Assembly (NCBI GenBank): GCA_035652535.1
Contig: DASRDP010000013.1
Location: 6,016 to 70,015, forward strand
Direction: 5' to 3'
Length of the DNA stretch: 64,000 bases
Source: Chloroflexota bacterium
GTDB lineage: Bacteria; Chloroflexota; UBA6077; SHYK01
The translations under genes were made by a program, and so were the position numbers. A model generated the notes under the pieces. It was not told the origin of the DNA, did no database searches, and saw nothing but the letters and a program-made list of their open reading frames with translations. The first letter of the stretch is position 1, and each line of letters opens with the position of its first letter. Shown here piece after piece: positions 26,753 through 36,613 of the stretch.

Positions 26753-27887
26753 GCCGATCCGCCGGGAACGCGAGGGCGACTTCCTGCTCCTGGCGCCACT
26801 CCTCGCTGGCGGGCAGGTACGCGCTGACGCTCTGGCCGGACGGAAGGGCCACTCTCGCCTCGAACCGCTCGCCGACGAAGAGCAGCGCTTCGATGCGGCC
26901 GATGACGCGGTTGGCCTCGCCGTCGAGCGCGTCGGTCGACGGTCGGACCGACACGTGCTCCGGTCGGATAGCCAGCGTACACGGCTCGCCGGCGCGCAGG
27001 TCGCCGCCCGCCGAGCGTCCGGTCAGGACCACACCCGACGTGCCATTCGAACCGAGGCGGGCCGTGACCGTCCCGGCGGCGTCCGCGCTCACGACCCGCC
27101 CCTTGACCATGACGGTCTGACCAAGAAAATCGCGCACGCGCGGCGTGGCCGGGCGACGATACAGATCGAGCGGCGCCCCGATCTGCTCGATACGACCGGC
27201 ATCCATGACCGCGATGCGATCCGAGAGACTGAGGGCCTCGATCTGGTCGTGGGTCACGAACAGCACGGTGATCCCCAGGCGGCGCTGAAGGAGCCGAAGC
27301 TCGACCCGCATCTGCTCGCGCAGCCGCGCGTCCAGGTTGCTGAAGGGCTCGTCAAGGAGCAGGATGTCGGGCTCGAAAACGAGGCTCCGAGCGATGGCGA
27401 CGCGCTGCTGCTGGCCGCCGCTCAGCATCGTCGCCGGCCGGTCGCCCAGGCTTCCGAGCCCGACGAGCCCCAGGGCCTGCGTCACCCGCGACCGGACCTC
27501 TGCGCCCCGAATCCTACGAACGCGAAGCGGATACGCCACGTTCTCGAACACGGACATGTGGGGCCAGATGGCGTAGCTCTGGAACACCATCCCCATGTTC
27601 CGCTTGTGGGGCGGGACGAAGATCCGCCGTTCCCGTGAATCGACGACGCGGCCCATGCACTCGATCTCACCAGCCGTGCACCGCTCCAGCCCAATGACCA
27701 TGCGGAGCGTGGTGGTCTTGCCGCAGCCGCTCGGCCCGAGCAGCGTGAGGAGCTCGCCCTGTTCGAGCGTGAGGGATATCCCGTCCACGGCGCGGACGTT
27801 GCCAAACGTCTTCGCCACGTCGCGCAGCGTGAGGACCGAATTCGTGCTCGCATGCGGCTGCGGGCGCGGCGGCGCGTTCACGCTCAT
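26733..27887 (-). CDS. ABC transporter ATP-binding protein (MalK/PotA-type importer ATPase with C-terminal TOBE-like domain)
   Basis: It has Walker A (GPSGCGKTT), the LSGGQQQRVAIAR signature and Walker B (LLLDEP). Confidence 0.85.
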   Translation of the reverse strand: MSVNAPPRPQPHASTNSVLTLRDVAKTFGNVRAVDGISLTLEQGELLTLLGPSGCGKTTTLRMVIGLERCTAGEIECMGRVVDSRERRIFVPPHKRNMGMVFQSYAIWPHMSVFENVAYPLRVRRIRGAEVRSRVTQALGLVGLGSLGDRPATMLSGGQQQRVAIARSLVFEPDILLLDEPFSNLDARLREQMRVELRLLQRRLGITVLFVTHDQIEALSLSDRIAVMDAGRIEQIGAPLDLYRRPATPRVRDFLGQTVMVKGRVVSADAAGTVTARLGSNGTSGVVLTGRSAGGDLRAGEPCTLAIRPEHVSVRPSTDALDGEANRVIGRIEALLFVGERFEARVALPSGQSVSAYLPASEEWRQEQEVALAFPADRLILWPE

Positions 27888-28098
27888 TCGTACCCCAGGG
27901 TGCCGAGATCCACACGCACTGCCACGGCGTCGCGTTCAGTGTCCTCGCACCATTGCTCGGACCCAGCCGGCGCACCGCGCGCCCTCATCGTTACCGGGTG
28001 GGCTGGCAGAGAGCGACGCCGGCAGACTATAACCCCGCCCGGATCGCGCCCACCATACCTCGGGCAGCCGTCCGCAGCCGCGTGGAGGTGAGGCGCGC

Positions 28099-28767
28099 GT
28101 GGCCGAGATCGTCCAGGCCGTGAAGCTGTTTACCCGGGAGTGGTCTGCCGCGCGGGTTGCATGGCGGACACAGGACCCCGGTCTCTATGCCGTCGCACCG
28201 GCCGAGCCGGTCGACCGCATTATCGAGGTCATGGCGACGCCCTTTGGGGCGCTTGTTCGCACGATTCTTCACCAGCAGGTCTCCATCTACGCCGGTCGGT
28301 CCATCGTGAGCAAGCTCTCCGACGCATGCGGCGGCGAGATCCACCCAGAGCGCGTGCTCGCCTTGACGCCGGACGACCTCAGGGCCGCTGGGCTCTCCCA
28401 GGCGAAGATTCGGTACGTGCGCGCCCTCGCCGAAGCGGCGATACACGGCGCGCTGGATGATGTCGAGGAACTCACCGACGACGAGATTGAGCACCGCCTG
28501 GTGGCCCTGCCCGGCGTTGGCGTCTGGACGGTAAGAATGTTCCAGCTGTTTCACCTGGGCCGGCCCGACGTCTTCTCCGGTGGCGACCTCGGGCTCCGTG
28601 AAGCGATCCGCGTGCTGGACCGTGTGACGGAGGCCCCTTCGCCGTCCGAGGCCGAGCGACGCGCGGAGGTCTGGCGTCCCTATCGGAGCATCGCCTCGGT
28701 GATCCTCTGGGACTTCCTTCGGCAAACGCGCGAGGCCCAACGCGCGCTCCGTCCCGCACGCGCGTAG
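28099..28767 (+). CDS. DNA-3-methyladenine glycosylase II (AlkA-like, HhH-GPD superfamily)
   Basis: The HhH-GPD segment LVALPGVGVWTVRMFQLFHLGRPDVFSGGDLGLREAI, including the catalytic Asp context, is present. Confidence 0.75.
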   Translation: MAEIVQAVKLFTREWSAARVAWRTQDPGLYAVAPAEPVDRIIEVMATPFGALVRTILHQQVSIYAGRSIVSKLSDACGGEIHPERVLALTPDDLRAAGLSQAKIRYVRALAEAAIHGALDDVEELTDDEIEHRLVALPGVGVWTVRMFQLFHLGRPDVFSGGDLGLREAIRVLDRVTEAPSPSEAERRAEVWRPYRSIASVILWDFLRQTREAQRALRPARA

Positions 28768-28868
28768 ACGCTCGACCGCGGGGCTGGCGCGTTCGGGCCG
28801 CTCAACTCGGGCCGGCATGGCGGAAGCGGGCTAGAATGGCGTGAGCCGAGTCCGATCCGGAGGTCTTC

Positions 28869-29528
28869 GTGCCGGTCACCTCTGTCTGTTTCCCGCCCAC
28901 GGGCCATGACGCGCTCCTTCTCGAGGGCGAGCTGTGGCTTCCGGACGGAGCGCAAGTCACCGCGGGCGTCGTGGTCGCGCACCCCAATCCGGACATGGGC
29001 GGAAGCATGCACAACAATGTCGTGGCGGCGATATGCCAGGGCTTGCACGAGGCGAACCTCGCCTCTCTGCGATTCAACTTCCGCGGCGTGGGTGGAAGCA
29101 CAGGTCGGCGCACCAACGGCGCCGACGAGCCCAAGGATCTGCTCGGCGCCCTCGCGTTCCTCGCCGCGCAACCCGGAATCACCCGGGTGGGCCTGGCAGG
29201 ATACTCGTTTGGCGGCCGGGTGGCCCTCGCGGCCGTCCGCGAAGCGCCGGACATCGCGGCGCTCCTGTGCGTCGCGCCGCCCCTTCGCGACGGACTGCCG
29301 ACCCGCGATCCATTTGCCTGTCCGATGCTCGTCGTCGTCGGGGACCGCGATCGCCTGGTCGAGGGCGACGCTGAGGCGTACGCCGGCCGCCTCCCGGACC
29401 CGAGTTGCCTCCGCATTGTGCCTGGGGCCGATCACTTCTGGCTCGGCTTCGAGCCGGTCCTGATCGAGATCGCCCGAGATTTCTTTGGGCGTGCCCTCCC
29501 GTCTCCCGACGCCGCCGCGGCCCAGTGA
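28869..29528 (+). CDS. alpha/beta hydrolase (dienelactone-hydrolase-like)
   Basis: It has a GYSFGG nucleophile elbow and is about 219 aa. Confidence 0.7.
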   Translation: MPVTSVCFPPTGHDALLLEGELWLPDGAQVTAGVVVAHPNPDMGGSMHNNVVAAICQGLHEANLASLRFNFRGVGGSTGRRTNGADEPKDLLGALAFLAAQPGITRVGLAGYSFGGRVALAAVREAPDIAALLCVAPPLRDGLPTRDPFACPMLVVVGDRDRLVEGDAEAYAGRLPDPSCLRIVPGADHFWLGFEPVLIEIARDFFGRALPSPDAAAAQ

Positions 29529-29539
29529 TCGGAGGGATT

Positions 29540-31003
29540 GTGGCTTCCGCTGCCACCTTCACGAAGGCCATCCGGTCCTTTCGCTCCGTCGTCGGCCCGC
29601 GGGGCATCCTGACGGCGACCGAGGACCTTCGGGCCTACGAGTGCGACGGCCTGACGAACTTTCGCGCCATCCCTCGCGCGGTCCTGCTCCCTCGGTCTAC
29701 CGCGGAGGTCCAAGGGATCCTGCGCGTGTGCTGCCGGGAACGGATCCCGTTCGTGGCGCGCGGCGCCGGCACGGGCTTGAGTGGCGGCGCACTTCCCGTC
29801 GCGGACGGCATCGTCGTCAGCCTGGCGAGGATGAACCGGATTCTCGAGGTGGACTTCGAGAATGCCCGGGTCGTCGTCGAGCCGGGCGTGGTCAACCTCG
29901 ACGTCACGGGTCGTGTCGCCGGGCGGGACTATTTCTACGCCCCCGATCCGTCGTCACAGTCGGTCTGCACCATCGGCGGTAACGTCGCGGAGAACTCGGG
30001 AGGAGCGCATTGCCTGAGGTATGGGTTCACCACAACCCACGTGCTGGGCCTGGAGGTTGTGCTGCCCGATGGGTCACTGGCTCACCTCGGGGGAAAGGCC
30101 CTTGACCGACCGGGCTACGACCTAACGGGTGTGTTCGTCGGGTCCGAGGGAACGCTCGGCATCGCGACAAAGATCACGTTGCGTATCGTGCGGCGCCCGC
30201 CCTGCACGCGCGCGATCCTCGCGGCCTTCGCTTCGACGAGCCACGCCGGCGCCGCCGTGAGCGCCATTATCGCGGCGGGTGTGCTCCCGGCCGCGATCGA
30301 GATGATGGACCGGCTGGCGATCGAGGCGGCCGAAGCCGCGGTCCACGCCGGTTATCCGGACTGTGGGGCGCTGCTGCTGGTGGAGGTGGACGGGCCGGAG
30401 CGGGAAGCGCACGCCCACGTCGCTCGCGTCGCGGAGTTATGTCGGCAGCAGGGCTCCGTCGAGATCCGCGTGGCCCAGACAGACGACGAGCGCGCCCTGT
30501 TTTGGAAAGGCCGGAAGGCGGCCTTCGCTTCGGTCGGGCGGATCTCTCCCAACTACATCGTGCAGGACGGCGTCATCCCCCGCACGTCGCTCCCCGCATT
30601 GCTCGACGAAATCGCGCGCTTGAGCGCGGAGGCGGGGCTCCGGGTCGCGAACGTGTTTCACGCCGGCGACGGCAACCTCCACCCGCTGGTGCTGTACGAC
30701 GCGCGCGTCCCCGGCCAGCTCGGCGCTGCTGAGGAGCTCTCCCGACGAATCCTCCTGCTGTGCATCGCACAAGGAGGCTCCATCACCGGCGAACACGGCG
30801 TGGGCGAGGAGAAGAAGGAGATGATGGCGCAGATGTTCGCGGAGCCGGACCTCGACGTGATGCAGCGCGTGCGCTGCGCCTTCGACCCGCTTCGTCTCGC
30901 GAACCCGACGAAGGTCTTCCCCCGCCCCCGCCTCTGCGGTGAGGCGCCGGGCGAGTTCCGGCCGCACCCATTGGAGATGGCCGGCGTGGCCGAGCGCTTC
31001 TGA
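29540..31003 (+). CDS. glcD: glycolate oxidase subunit GlcD (FAD-linked oxidase)
   Basis: An FAD-binding PCMH domain (RGAGTGLSGGALPV) plus a C-terminal FAD-oxidase_C domain are present. It is followed by glcE and glcF. Confidence 0.85.
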   Translation: MASAATFTKAIRSFRSVVGPRGILTATEDLRAYECDGLTNFRAIPRAVLLPRSTAEVQGILRVCCRERIPFVARGAGTGLSGGALPVADGIVVSLARMNRILEVDFENARVVVEPGVVNLDVTGRVAGRDYFYAPDPSSQSVCTIGGNVAENSGGAHCLRYGFTTTHVLGLEVVLPDGSLAHLGGKALDRPGYDLTGVFVGSEGTLGIATKITLRIVRRPPCTRAILAAFASTSHAGAAVSAIIAAGVLPAAIEMMDRLAIEAAEAAVHAGYPDCGALLLVEVDGPEREAHAHVARVAELCRQQGSVEIRVAQTDDERALFWKGRKAAFASVGRISPNYIVQDGVIPRTSLPALLDEIARLSAEAGLRVANVFHAGDGNLHPLVLYDARVPGQLGAAEELSRRILLLCIAQGGSITGEHGVGEEKKEMMAQMFAEPDLDVMQRVRCAFDPLRLANPTKVFPRPRLCGEAPGEFRPHPLEMAGVAERF

Positions 31004-31006
31004 GCC

Positions 31007-32296
31007 ATGGGCGCCGCCGGTCCCTCTCGCATGGCTCTCGCCGACTTCGAAAGACGCTGCCGTGAGGTCCTCGGCTCGGCCCATTGCCGCGAGCGAGGCG
31101 CCCTGGACCTCGAAGCTGGGCCGGGAGTCCTCCTCGATCCAGCGGACGAGACACAGGTCGCGGCCGTGCTGCGTCTCGCCGAAGAGCGCGACCTCGCCGT
31201 CGTTCCGCGCGGCGGAGGAACGAAGCTGGAGTGGGGAAACGCGCCCCAGCGCGTCGACGCGGTCCTGTCAACGGCACGACTATCGCAGGTCCTCGAGCAC
31301 GCCTGGTCCGACCTGACGGTGACCGTCGAGGCCGGCTGTACCGTCGAGAACCTCCAGCGACGACTGGCCCAGCATCGCCAGCGGCTGGCCGTGGACGTGC
31401 TGTGGCCGAGGACGGCGACGGTGGGCGGCATCCTCTCCGCGAACGACTCCGGCGCTCTTCGTCTGCGCTACGGAGGACTTCGAGATCTCGTCATCGGCGC
31501 CACCGTCGTGCTCGCGGACGGGACCGTCGCGAAAAGCGGCGGCAAGGTGGTGAAGAACGTCGCGGGCTACGATATCCCGAAGCTCGTGACTGGCGCCTTC
31601 GGAACGCTGGGGGTGATCACGCGCGCGACATTTCGCCTGCACCCGCTTCCCCACGAGACGCGGACCCTCACCATTGGCCCCGCTTCGGCGGCCGAGATAG
31701 CCGATATCGCAGCCCGTATTCGCGCCTCGCCGCTGACGCCGTCGGCCGTCCAGATCCGCCTCGCAACCGGCGCCGGGGCAGAAGCTGACGTCTTGCTGGA
31801 GGGCACGACCGAGGGCGTCGGGGAGCAAGAAGAAGAGATCTCCGGACTGTGCGGCGCGATACGCGCGGCAGCCGGTCCGACGCACGCGTGGCAGGCGCGC
31901 GAGCGCCTGTGGGACCAGAACGCCGAAGGGGCGATCCAGGACCCGGCCATCGTCAAGATCTCGGTGCTTCCGACGGACATCTCCATCGTGGCGTCCATCC
32001 TGGGCAAGATCGAGCGGGAATACAGCGCAACGTGGCGCGCGGTGATCCAGGCGCATGGGCTCGGCTTGGTCGCAGTTCGTGCGGAAGGATCGAGGATCGT
32101 TCCCCTTCTGGCGGCCCTTCGGAGCGCAGTCGAGGAGCGCGGTGGATCTCTCGTGATTCTGCGCCGACCACCGGAGGCCCGGGGCGTCGACGCCTGGGGC
32201 GCACCGGGCGATGCCCTGCCCCTCATGCGGGCGGTCAAGGCGCAGCTCGACCCGCGCGGCGTCCTCAGTCCGGGCCGTTTTGTTGGCGGGATTTGA
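31007..32296 (+). CDS. glcE: glycolate oxidase FAD-binding subunit GlcE
   Basis: It has an FAD_binding_4-like domain and sits between glcD and glcF. Confidence 0.8.
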   Translation: MGAAGPSRMALADFERRCREVLGSAHCRERGALDLEAGPGVLLDPADETQVAAVLRLAEERDLAVVPRGGGTKLEWGNAPQRVDAVLSTARLSQVLEHAWSDLTVTVEAGCTVENLQRRLAQHRQRLAVDVLWPRTATVGGILSANDSGALRLRYGGLRDLVIGATVVLADGTVAKSGGKVVKNVAGYDIPKLVTGAFGTLGVITRATFRLHPLPHETRTLTIGPASAAEIADIAARIRASPLTPSAVQIRLATGAGAEADVLLEGTTEGVGEQEEEISGLCGAIRAAAGPTHAWQARERLWDQNAEGAIQDPAIVKISVLPTDISIVASILGKIEREYSATWRAVIQAHGLGLVAVRAEGSRIVPLLAALRSAVEERGGSLVILRRPPEARGVDAWGAPGDALPLMRAVKAQLDPRGVLSPGRFVGGI

Positions 32297-33651
32297 TGAC
32301 GGCGCCAGACCGACCGTCGACCGGTCCCCGAGCGCTGATCGACACGTGCGTTCACTGCGGGTTCTGTCTGTCGGCGTGCCCGACCTACCGGCTCTGGGGC
32401 CAGGAGGCCGACTCGCCGCGAGGTCGCATCTTCCTCCTGAAGCTCGCCGACGACGGCGAAGCGGCCATCACGCCACGGTGGGCCCACCATTTCGACACCT
32501 GCCTCGGCTGCATGGCCTGCATGACGGCGTGCCCTTCCGGCGTCGACTACGAGCAGCTTCTCGAGTTCGCGCGCGGCGCAGTTGCGCGCGGGGTGCGGCG
32601 GTCGTGGCGTGAGCGCGTTGTTCGGCGCGTGATCTTCAGTCTGTTTCCGCGGCCGGACCGACTTCGCGCGCTCCGCCCGCTCCTCGTGCTCTACGCTCGC
32701 GGGGGCATTCGGGCGGCTGCCAAGCGGATGCGCATCCTGGAGATGCTCCCGGGCACGGTCCGCGCGCTGGATGCCCTCCTGCCCCCCCTGACCAGGCCAG
32801 TCCCGACACCGGAGGTCACGCCCGCGAAGGGCGAGCGTCGTGGACGGGTCGGTCTCCTGTTGGGGTGCGTCCAGCGGGAGTACCTCTCTGAAGTCAACGC
32901 GGCCACCATCCGCGTGCTGGCGGCGGAGGGGTGCGAGGTCGTCGCGCCGGCGCGGCAGCCCTGCTGTGGCGCGCTGCTTCTCCACGCCGGAGAAGAGGAA
33001 CGTGGACGCGCCATGGCGCGCGCCATGATCGACGCGTTCGAGGGACTTCAGGTCGACGCCGTCGTCAGCAACGCGGCCGGTTGCGGCTCGGCGGTCAAGG
33101 CCTATGCCCGACTGCTTGAGGACGATCCGCGCTACGCGGAGCGCGCGCAGCGGTTCGCCGCGGCCTGCCGCGACGTCACGGAGCTGCTCGTGGAGCTTGG
33201 GCCTCGTGCCCCCCGGCACCCAATCGCGGCGCGCGTCGCCTACCACGACGCATGCCATCTGCAGCACGCGCAGCGTGTACGCGATCAGCCGCGCGCCCTG
33301 CTGGGTGGCATTCCGGACCTCGATCTGGTCGAGGTCCCGGACCCAGCGATCTGCTGCGGTTCGGCCGGCGTCTACAACCTGTTGCAGCCGATGGCCGCGC
33401 GCCTGCTGGGGGACCGAAAGGCTCGCGACGTTCTCTCCGTCAGACCGGACGCGGTCGCCACCGGGAATTCAGGATGTATATTCCAGCTCCGCGCTGCCCT
33501 GGACCGGGTCCGCGCGGATCCGCCCGTGCTCCACTCGATCCAGATTCTGGACGCGTCCATCCGCGGCGGCCGTCTTGAGAAACGTCGGAACGCGACGGGA
33601 GGCCTCCCACGGGGGGAGGCCTCCCAAGAAACAAGCCCACGGACTTATTGA
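32296..33651 (+). CDS. glcF: glycolate oxidase iron-sulfur subunit GlcF
   Basis: Two 4Fe-4S motifs (CVHCGFCLSACP and CLGCMACMTACP) and C-terminal CCG domains are present. Its ATG overlaps the glcE stop (ATGA). Confidence 0.8.
   Translation: MTAPDRPSTGPRALIDTCVHCGFCLSACPTYRLWGQEADSPRGRIFLLKLADDGEAAITPRWAHHFDTCLGCMACMTACPSGVDYEQLLEFARGAVARGVRRSWRERVVRRVIFSLFPRPDRLRALRPLLVLYARGGIRAAAKRMRILEMLPGTVRALDALLPPLTRPVPTPEVTPAKGERRGRVGLLLGCVQREYLSEVNAATIRVLAAEGCEVVAPARQPCCGALLLHAGEEERGRAMARAMIDAFEGLQVDAVVSNAAGCGSAVKAYARLLEDDPRYAERAQRFAAACRDVTELLVELGPRAPRHPIAARVAYHDACHLQHAQRVRDQPRALLGGIPDLDLVEVPDPAICCGSAGVYNLLQPMAARLLGDRKARDVLSVRPDAVATGNSGCIFQLRAALDRVRADPPVLHSIQILDASIRGGRLEKRRNATGGLPRGEASQETSPRTY
33597..33625. 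repeat. tandem pair of the 12-bp palindrome GGGAGGCCTCCC (spacer ACGG), potential hairpin/bidirectional terminator at the convergent glcF/lipoprotein junction
   Basis: The two palindrome copies are GGGAGGCCTCCC ACGG GGGAGGCCTCCC. They lie inside the last about 55 nt of the glcF coding sequence, 20-25 bp before the overlapping convergent stops. Confidence 0.35.
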
Positions 33652-34082
33652 CCGGCGAGCTGCACCACGGCCCAGGTTCCGCCAAAAGCGTTGATTCCGT
33701 TCCCGGTGACGTCGCCGGGAGCTGCGTCGCGCGAGAAACGATAGAGGGGCATGCCGCCCCAGGTGAGCTGGTTTCCGCCGCCGTCGTCGCGTAGGAAGCT
33801 GCTCAGGTCCAGCCAATCGGCGGGCGCACCCTGGCGAAGCGTGTCGGCAGTCGCATCGTCCACGGTGGCGGCCGGCCAGAGTCCAAGGCAGCCGCCGGCG
33901 CACGTGCTGACGCTCGGCTGATCCGATGACAGCGTGTAGAGGGTCATTCCGTGTTGATCGACGAGGATGGTCCCCAGGGCGGAATTTCCTGACGCGACCG
34001 GCGCCCCCTGCGCCGTCGCAAGCGACGTGGGAACAGCGAGCACCAACAGTCCCAAGACAGAGCCGAGTACCCTGCTCAACAT
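33645..34082 (-). CDS. secreted tandem-repeat lipoprotein (PF03640-like Y..D..C..W repeats)
   Basis: It has a signal peptide and two repeats (GTILVDQHGMTLYTLSSDQ...C / GGMPLYRFSRD). Confidence 0.55.
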   Translation of the reverse strand: MLSRVLGSVLGLLVLAVPTSLATAQGAPVASGNSALGTILVDQHGMTLYTLSSDQPSVSTCAGGCLGLWPAATVDDATADTLRQGAPADWLDLSSFLRDDGGGNQLTWGGMPLYRFSRDAAPGDVTGNGINAFGGTWAVVQLAGQ

Positions 34083-34140
34083 GGCGAAGCTCCCTCCTTT
34101 CGTTGCCTCCGACATTGTGCGCCAACCGGCAACGTTCTAC

Positions 34141-35349
34141 CTACCCGCTCGTCCAGGAGTCCTCGAACGCGCGGTCGTAGGCGAGGCCCCACGGCGGGCG
34201 AAGAAACCCGAGCGCGCGCACATCCTCGAACCAGAACCCGAAGGGGGACTGGCGCGCATACACGCCTCCCCCGAAGACGCGGCAGATGCGGCGAAGGGCC
34301 GACTCCGCCAGCTCCGCGACCGCGAGCTTGCCGAAGTTCACGCTTTCGGGCGCTGCTCCGCGCGCCTCCATCGCCCGCAGCATCCCTTCGTACGCCTGTT
34401 CGACGAGCCATGCCTCGACGGACGCTCGGGCCCACTCGACGCGCTCGACAGCGCGAAGAGATGCTCGCCTCGCCTCCAGACGCCGCCGTGCAAGACCGAG
34501 CGCCGCGTCGACGATGCCCACGATGACGGCCGTGAAGCAACAGCCGACGAAACCGCCGGTCGCTTCCATGACCGATCGCCAGGCGCCCCGCCATGCGAAC
34601 CGCGTGGCCGGGAACTTGGTGAACTCGAAGGCGTGACTTTGCGTCGCCGTCATCCCGTGTCCATCCCACGGCGCCACCAGCCGCATCCCGGTCGACCCAT
34701 CCCACGACCGGCCTTGGACGTCGAGATAGAACCAATCGGGCTCCGTCTCACCCTGGGGAACGGCGCTGGTGAGTACGTAGCTGGTGATGCCGGATCCGCT
34801 CCCGAAGTGCTTTTGGCCCGTGAGAAGATATTCCGATCCGTTATCAGCCAGCTCGGCGATGGCCTTCGTTTCGGCCACGTCTCCGCCGCTCCCCGGCTCC
34901 GACGTGATGGTCCCCCACCATGCGCCGTCCCGCGCTAGCTCTGCTGTCATCTGGCGCTGGTGAGCCCACGCCTCTGCGAAGGGCTCCGGCGCGCGACTCG
35001 TGGAGAGCCAGAAGGAGAGCACGGCCGGATGCATCGCCGACACCAGGGCGACCGACGAGTCGCCCCGGGCGAGCGAACGGAGGATTTCGCAAACCGGTCG
35101 CGTTGAGCGCGACGCGCCGTCCCAAATGCCGCCAAGCTCGAGGGGAACGCCGACGAGCAGGAAGCCCGCCGAGGCCAGACGGTCGAAGTCGCTCCGGTCC
35201 AGATCGCGTCGAAGCTGCCGACTCGACCGATCGCGCGCGAACTCGTCGGCGATCGACCCCACGTTTTGCAAGACTGTTTGGGCGTCCACGACGGCAACCC
35301 CCAATCTCTGAGGTAACGAATCTGTGAAAGCTGCATCGAGTGATTCCAT
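34141..35349 (-). CDS. acyl-CoA dehydrogenase-fold flavin-dependent monooxygenase (group D, HsaA/DszC/SfnB-like)
   Basis: It has the typical ACAD type-2 topology and the motif ITSEPGSGGDVAETKA...YLLTGQKHFGSGSG. Confidence 0.75.
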   Translation of the reverse strand: MESLDAAFTDSLPQRLGVAVVDAQTVLQNVGSIADEFARDRSSRQLRRDLDRSDFDRLASAGFLLVGVPLELGGIWDGASRSTRPVCEILRSLARGDSSVALVSAMHPAVLSFWLSTSRAPEPFAEAWAHQRQMTAELARDGAWWGTITSEPGSGGDVAETKAIAELADNGSEYLLTGQKHFGSGSGITSYVLTSAVPQGETEPDWFYLDVQGRSWDGSTGMRLVAPWDGHGMTATQSHAFEFTKFPATRFAWRGAWRSVMEATGGFVGCCFTAVIVGIVDAALGLARRRLEARRASLRAVERVEWARASVEAWLVEQAYEGMLRAMEARGAAPESVNFGKLAVAELAESALRRICRVFGGGVYARQSPFGFWFEDVRALGFLRPPWGLAYDRAFEDSWTSG

Positions 35350-35434
35350 TCGCCTGGAACCGGTGGAGCATTCATCGTATCCTATCGCTCCATTGCGGCT
35401 GGAACGTCCGCCATCGGAGAGAAAGGGAACGATC

Positions 35435-36613
35435 ATGCCACCGCCGAAAGCCGAGATCCTGAGCGATCAGATGCTGACACGGTTTGCCGAGCGGGCGCCC
35501 ATCTACGACCGGGAGAACCGATTCTTTCAGGAGGACTTCGACGAGCTGCGGGCAGCCGACTACCTGCGCATCGCGGTCCCAGAGAAGTTTGGCGGAAAAG
35601 GGTTGTCGCTCGCCCAGGTGTGCAAGGAGCAGCGCGCGCTGGCTTACCATGCCGCGCCGACGGCGCTCGCCATGAACATGCACATCTACTGGACCGGCGT
35701 GTTCGCCGACGTGTTGCGCATGGGCGACCAATCCATGGAACCCTTCTTGCAGGAAGCGGGCAACGGGGAGGTCTTCGCGGCCGGCCACGCGGAATCGGGC
35801 AACGACCTGCCAGTCCTCCTGTCCACCAGCACGGCCGAACGGACCGATGGCGGCTATCGGATCACTGGGCACAAGTCGTTTGGTAGCCTGACGCCTGTCT
35901 GGACGCGACTCGGGGTCCATGCGATGGACGCCAGCGACCCGAAGGCCCCCAAGATCGTCCACGCCTTCGTCCCTCGTGACACCGCCGGCCTGACGATTCG
36001 CGAGACGTGGGACACGCTCGGAATGCGGGCGACGAAGAGCGACGACACCATCCTCACAGACGCGTTCGTTCCCGACCGATACATCGCCCGGGTCGTGCCC
36101 GCGGGGGGCGCCGGGATCGACCAATTCGTCGGTGCGTTGTTCGCGTGGGCGCTCCTCGGCTTCGCCAACGTGTATTACGGTTTGGCCCAGCGGATGTTCG
36201 ACATGACCATCGAAGGCGTGAGCAAGCGCACGTCCATCGGGCTATCGCGTCCGCTGCACTATCACGCGGAAGTCCAGCACAACGTCGCGGAGATGGCGAT
36301 CGAGCTCGAGGGAATCGGTCCGCACCTCGACCGCATCGCGGACGACTGGTCGAACGGCGTCGACCACGGACCGATGTGGGGAGCGAAGATCGTGGCCGCG
36401 AAGTACGACGCCGTGGAGTCGAGCTGGCGGGTCGTGGACCAGGCCCTTGAGCTGGCCGGTGGCTTCGGCATCTTCCGCCAGGCGCCCTTCGAGCGACTGT
36501 GGCGCGATGCGCGGCTGGGCCGAATCCACCCGGCGAACTCCGCGCTCACCCACGAGCTGGTCGCCAAAACCTACCTGGGCATCAATCCCGACGAGCAGCC
36601 TCGGTGGGGCTAG
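35435..36613 (+). CDS. acyl-CoA dehydrogenase-fold flavin-dependent monooxygenase/dehydrogenase
   Basis: The ACAD N/M/C domains are present. A ribosome-binding site GGAGAGAAAGGG lies upstream, and the gene is divergent from the paralogous-fold gene at 34141..35349. Confidence 0.8.
   Translation: MPPPKAEILSDQMLTRFAERAPIYDRENRFFQEDFDELRAADYLRIAVPEKFGGKGLSLAQVCKEQRALAYHAAPTALAMNMHIYWTGVFADVLRMGDQSMEPFLQEAGNGEVFAAGHAESGNDLPVLLSTSTAERTDGGYRITGHKSFGSLTPVWTRLGVHAMDASDPKAPKIVHAFVPRDTAGLTIRETWDTLGMRATKSDDTILTDAFVPDRYIARVVPAGGAGIDQFVGALFAWALLGFANVYYGLAQRMFDMTIEGVSKRTSIGLSRPLHYHAEVQHNVAEMAIELEGIGPHLDRIADDWSNGVDHGPMWGAKIVAAKYDAVESSWRVVDQALELAGGFGIFRQAPFERLWRDARLGRIHPANSALTHELVAKTYLGINPDEQPRWG

Noticed and set aside
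31567-33267. ORF 31567..33267 - (566 aa) antisense to glcE/glcF
   Set aside because: The translation is low-complexity. glcDEF on the plus strand has clear cofactor motifs.
33597-33625. Possible CRISPR-like repeat (GGGAGGCCTCCC twice)
   Set aside because: There are only two copies with a 4-bp spacer inside a coding sequence. No array and no cas genes are present.
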